Shown: one piece after another, positions 27,223-30,660 of the stretch
Layout: each line of letters starts with the position of its first letter
How positions within the stretch are numbered: the stretch's first letter is position 1
Virus record (IMG/VR): IMGVR_UViG_2585427784_000002
Length of the DNA stretch: 30,660 nt
Strand: one strand, 5' to 3'
Origin: a virus
Lineage: Duplodnaviria; Heunggongvirae; Uroviricota; Caudoviricetes
Notes under the pieces: generated by a model
What the model saw: only the letters and a program-made list of their open reading frames with translations
The model's database searches: none
What the model was told of the DNA's origin: nothing
Position numbers and translations under genes: made by a program

Positions 27223-27642
27223 CTAATTTTTGTTCTTTGCTCTCATCCATAGGTAAAGAAGGGAAAGAACAAGACAAAAAACAGAGAATAGATAACCTAC
27301 CTCATATGGTGCGCCAAAAAAATTAGCTATTGATACGGGCAAAAAAGCTGAAGCGATCAAAATTGAAAGGCAAAAAATAAGCCCAGTAATATAGTTTATT
27401 AAATTCTTAAATGAGAAATGTTTTGCTTGATTTACGGTCTTAGCGAATGATCGCTTAACGACGGATAAAAGCAAATAGATGGCGACAGTTGCTAATGCCC
27501 CTTTCCACCAATCTGGATATAGTTTTGCGACAATCAGACCAAGGAAAACCATGATGACAGCCTGAGCATTCACACCAACCCTCCCTTTAGCGTTGTTTAG
27601 AATGGCAATCATCATATATCCAAGACATGGCATTTGGTACAT
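27223..27642 (-). CDS. Small polytopic inner-membrane protein (about 130-139 aa, 3-4 predicted TM helices) in a visibly AT-rich segment; candidate superinfection-exclusion/abortive-infection type protein
   Basis: Hydrophobic stretches (MMIAILNNAKGRVGVNAQAVIMVFLGLIVAKL..., ALATVAIYLLLSVV..., ITGLIFCLSILIASAFLPVSIANFF..., YLFSVFCLVLSLLYLW); convergent with the 701-aa gene, 18 bp between stops; no clear RBS so exact start uncertain. Confidence 0.55.
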   Translation of the reverse strand: MYQMPCLGYMMIAILNNAKGRVGVNAQAVIMVFLGLIVAKLYPDWWKGALATVAIYLLLSVVKRSFAKTVNQAKHFSFKNLINYITGLIFCLSILIASAFLPVSIANFFGAPYEVGYLFSVFCLVLSLLYLWMRAKNKN

Positions 27643-28616
27643 AGCTTGGGTCGGGATTTCAAATCCGCTCCCAGTTGATGGGGCCGTTACAGTACGCGCA
27701 TATCCGCTTTATGTGAAACAGGAAGATTTTTCTGATATCACTGCCACAGCAAAACACCAATTTCGAGACAAGTACGCGCACGAGGGGTATCAGTTGCAAA
27801 AAATTTTGCAACTACGTCCGACCAGTATGCACACGATGGCGGGGGGATACCATAAAACTGTTCTCTACATGAGACAGAGTGGTGGTGATGTGTTGATTAT
27901 CGGCGTATATGCGCACAGGACGCGCTATGACGATGTTTTATGCGGGTACACCAATACATGTATCTGGTGTGATAAATCGCGTTACATGACCTCTCATGTT
28001 GTGCTGGTGGTTATCACGACGTTCTGAATCTGGCCTTTGCCTGGTATTTTGCGACAAGTACGCGCGCGTAGCATCGAAATAATCGGATGGCGTATGCTGC
28101 TGGTAATATGAAGACCGATAGCATTAACCGAAAGGAGAAAGACTTCTCGATAACGGCAAGATCGCGGCAAGGGGGCTGAATTGCGAGGCGAGATTAAGCA
28201 ACTGTCTTGAACGTAAAAATCATGGAGCAACATGCTGGTACGATTCATTCCATTCTTCGTTCTTTCTGAGCATTGCGTTCAGGCTTAGTCAAAATTAGTG
28301 TTGCGAGCGGACCTATTAGTAATTGTTAGTGCGATGCGTCTGTTATGGATTGTTATGCCTGTGGCAGGCCTGATTAATATCCAGTATGACCACCAGCTAT
28401 GAGAGGCCACCTCAGTGGTTCGCAGTTGCAGGTTTGCACTCAGGTTCGCAGGGTTTTGGCTACTTTCACGTGCGAACCTGCAGAATTGCAAAGGACAACT
28501 AAGTCCTCTGGCCAACTCCCGGTTTATGAGCGACACAGTCCGCCTGGCGCATCGTTTTCGTCGAGTGCGCCCATCAGCTTGTCCATGGACTATCCACCAC
28601 TCGATATTAAAGCTAA

Positions 28617-28802
28617 TCATTGGTTGCCAGCCCGCGAATCAAGTTTGTTCTGGATCCAAGCTTCAACCTCCTCAAGCGACCATCTAGCTGATCTACCAAT
28701 TTTAACTGGCTGTGGAAACGTGCCCGTCTTAACCCATGAGTAGATTGCCGTTTTCTTGAAGCCCGTTCTGAGCATGACTTCGCTTAATTTGATAAGGCGC
28801 AT
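28617..28802 (-). CDS. Second AlpA-family regulator (61 aa)
   Basis: MRLIKLSEVMLRTGFKKTAIYSWVKTGTFPQPVKIGRSARWSLEEVEAWI is the AlpA-type HTH pattern; GAGGAG-like RBS upstream on the minus strand. Confidence 0.8.
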   Translation of the reverse strand: MRLIKLSEVMLRTGFKKTAIYSWVKTGTFPQPVKIGRSARWSLEEVEAWIQNKLDSRAGNQ

Positions 28803-29053
28803 AGAGGCTCCTCTGCTTTAGATTAAGCATAGTGACAATCTGGCTTTGTGCGGTATCCAAAAGCGAGGTATCCATGTTGGTATCCACCAAAACGCTGTTT
28901 ACCAAAAAAGTTACCACCGGAACAGGACATTTTGAGCTGTAACTTAACACATAGCATATGGAGTTCACGCATAGACTTCACGCACAACGGCTCCGGCCAG
29001 AGAAGAATCACCCTGGCTGGCAATATAATGCCGATCACCATCAGAGGGGAATC

Positions 29054-29246
29054 CATGACACCACGAGAAATCGAGCTGCTGACCATTGCCAAGCTGGAGC
29101 ATGACGGCTACCAGCTCAGCCCGGCAGAACTGCGGGAATTAAGGCGCCAGCTGGCAGAGGGCCCTGTAATAGCCAGGCGGTACCGCGCAATGATGACCAG
29201 CCCCACATATCGCTGGAGCAAACCAGCGCCGCTCCGTGCGCGGTGA
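29054..29246 (+). CDS. Hypothetical small protein (64 aa; start at the internal Met of the 132-codon ORF)
   Basis: GAGGGG RBS about 6 nt upstream of ATG 29054; upstream part of the longer ORF is compositionally non-protein-like and overlapped by other ORFs. Confidence 0.35.
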
Positions 29247-29320
29247 GCAGCACCTAACCAGCACTAGACAAGCCCTGTGCTGGTGGATGTCCCTCATAAT
29301 TAGCGGTTTTTAAACGGCGT

Positions 29321-29441
29321 GTTGGTTCACGGCCTCTTTTTGTTGGTTCAAAAATGGGGTGTGTTGGTTCACTTTTTGCGAATAATCCTTTTAAAAACAA
29401 TACTCTTTACAAATTGAACCAACTGAACCAACTGAACCAAC
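29321..29441. repeat. Second iteron cluster: 3 spaced GTTGGTTCA, AT-rich spacer, 3 tandem inverted TGAACCAAC
   Basis: Same 9-bp iteron as at 21809-21919; the block from about 29382 to 29432 is the reverse complement of about 21819-21870, including the spacer segment AATTTGTAAAGAGTATT. Confidence 0.75.
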
Positions 29442-29477
29442 ACCTTTTTGCTTATCTATATAGTCTGAGAGGCAGAA

Positions 29478-29765
29478 ATGATAAGAGACAGGAAAGCTGA
29501 AGAGCTGGAGTCAAAAAGGCTATGCCGGAGAGCTGCCACACGATGGGCAGAAGTCATGACGCTGGCAGATGGCAATAAAGAACGTGAACATGCAGCAAAC
29601 AGACGCTCTGAATGTATCCGTAGGGCGGCACGCCCACCAGCAACTACAGACAGATTCGGAGATTTAAGACAGGCAGTTAAGCGGACTCATTCGGCTCTTG
29701 GTATGGATGAGGAAGCGAGAGGGTACTTCAGGCGTTATCGCGATAAAGATTGCCAGAGACAGTAA
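29478..29765 (+). CDS. Small basic protein (95 aa), possibly nucleic-acid binding
   Basis: GAGAGG RBS about 5 nt upstream; Arg-rich sequence (RRAATRW..., RRSECIRRAARPP..., RRYRDKD); located between the second iteron cluster and attR. Confidence 0.5.
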   Translation: MIRDRKAEELESKRLCRRAATRWAEVMTLADGNKEREHAANRRSECIRRAARPPATTDRFGDLRQAVKRTHSALGMDEEARGYFRRYRDKDCQRQ

Positions 29766-30107
29766 TGCTCTCTCTGTTTTGGCAAATTACCCCTCACTTT
29801 GAAGGGATCGGAGCTATAAAAATGGTGTTATCCGGCTTCCTGCATTGCAGGTTTTCAAAAGAATCAATGGGTTAGGTCATCGTGCAAATTTGCACTCTGC
29901 CATCCAACGCAATTTCTCGTTGGCGGAAATATCAGGTATTTACTGAACGAACGGCCTACCCGCCTGTTCAACTACCAGTTGTACATGGCTGCTTTATGTG
30001 CAAATGGTGGTGAGAGAAAATTGTTTGGGGGTACTTTTGGGGGTATCTCCAAAGATGTAATGGGAAAATGTCTTTATATATCAATGTATTTTTATTGTTT
30101 GTTTTGT

Positions 30108-30125
30108 TCCTATTATCGCACCATT
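30108..30125 (+). repeat. attR, TCCTATTATCGCACCATT, imperfect direct repeat of the tRNA-Thr 3' end at attL
   Basis: 18 of 19 positions identical to 12524-12542 (one G deleted); the GGGGGTACTTTTGGGGGTAT motif lies about 65 bp inside. Confidence 0.75.
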
Positions 30126-30249
30126 TAAATCAATAAGTTACCCCATATTTAAATACACCACGTTTCCTCCTGTGCCGTATTTGTGCCATTGTAACCCTGG
30201 CAATTCATCAAAATACTGTTCTGACATCAGGCAATGCAGGTGCAGACAT

Positions 30250-30660
30250 TTAAGCCAATTGCTGCCGCCATTCCTTGACGTGGTCAATCAGGGCGCGGAG
30301 CTTTGGTGCAATATTGCGACGCTGTGGGAAATACAGATAGAAGCCCGGAAATTGTGGAAGAAAGTCATCAAGCAGAGATACAAGCTTACCGCTTTCAATA
30401 TATGGCCTGAAAGTTTCCTGAGTGGCAATTGTTATTCCTCCGCCGGCAAGAGCCAGCCTCAACATCAGTCGCAGATCATTAGTCGTAATCTGCGGTTCAA
30501 TCGCAAGGTCGAAAGTTCTCCCGTTTTCTTCAAATGGCCAGCGATAAGGCGCACCCTCCGGGGACTGACGCCAGCCGATACACTTATGGGTATTTCCCCC
30601 GGAGGCGAGAAAGCGCTCTCCACGCCCGGCCGCAAGGATCAGGACGACGGGGGCAGGCAT
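30250..30660 (-). CDS. yagP: LysR-type transcriptional regulator, C-terminal substrate-binding portion (136 aa ORF beginning at the window edge; may be a fragment or continue beyond the window)
   Basis: C-terminal LysR substrate-binding-like sequence (...ITIATQETFRPYIESGKLVSLLDDFLPQFPGFYLYFPQRRNIAPKLRALIDH...); 136 aa equals the length I recall for K-12 yagP next to ptwF. Symbol from memory. Confidence 0.5.
   Translation of the reverse strand: MPAPVVLILAAGRGERFLASGGNTHKCIGWRQSPEGAPYRWPFEENGRTFDLAIEPQITTNDLRLMLRLALAGGGITIATQETFRPYIESGKLVSLLDDFLPQFPGFYLYFPQRRNIAPKLRALIDHVKEWRQQLA

Noticed and set aside
27593-28027. 144-aa plus-strand ORF
   Set aside because: Overlaps the 5' end of the membrane-protein gene on the opposite strand and contains a near-perfect 22-bp palindrome and direct repeats; W/Y/C/H-rich unprotein-like composition; no RBS. 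Treated as part of a regulatory/ncRNA region.
28285-28743. Several mutually overlapping ORFs on both strands (111, 114, 90 aa)
   Set aside because: They overlap each other and the repeat/stem-loop cluster; Arg/Ser-rich translations typical of wrong-frame reads; none has a convincing RBS.
1-30660. CRISPR array
   Set aside because: No series of regularly spaced identical direct repeats with unique spacers was seen; the only repeat clusters are 9-bp iterons and short operator-like motifs.

Overview
The window reads as Enterobacterial (E. coli-like) accessory DNA at a tRNA-Thr integration hotspot, in four blocks. (1) 1-5950: a partial IS1 abutting an interrupted large ORF, then a minus-strand cluster whose order and protein lengths match what I recall of the K-12 CP4-6 genes yagK-yagL-yagM-yagN, ending in an N-terminally truncated tyrosine integrase. 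(2) 5950-12500: a mosaic of lambdoid-prophage remnants (DUF551-like, HD phosphohydrolase, a 42-codon DNA-invertase stub), a single-polypeptide GmrSD-like type IV restriction enzyme (DUF262 + DUF1524 motifs), a flxA-like gene with a near-consensus sigma-28 promoter, an IS3 3'-end remnant and a small lipoprotein. (3) 12496-12540: the 3' ~45 nt of a tRNA-Thr, serving as attL. (4) 12541-30125: a ~17.6 kb satellite-like integrative element bounded by imperfect 19-bp direct repeats of the tRNA 3' end. It carries a P4-type integrase, an AlpA-family regulator, a translationally coupled operon of small proteins ending in a 919-aa primase-helicase, and two ori-like iteron clusters. Between the iteron clusters lies the most unusual cargo: three coupled genes for Q/A/G-rich low-complexity proteins (225/473/701 aa) that resemble P22-like podovirus ejection proteins, a convergent AT-rich membrane-protein gene, and an ORF-poor ~1 kb stretch full of short repeats and palindromes. 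The window ends in a LysR-type regulator C-terminal ORF (yagP-like). All family assignments are from reading the translations and from memory of K-12 and phage gene families; no database search was run.
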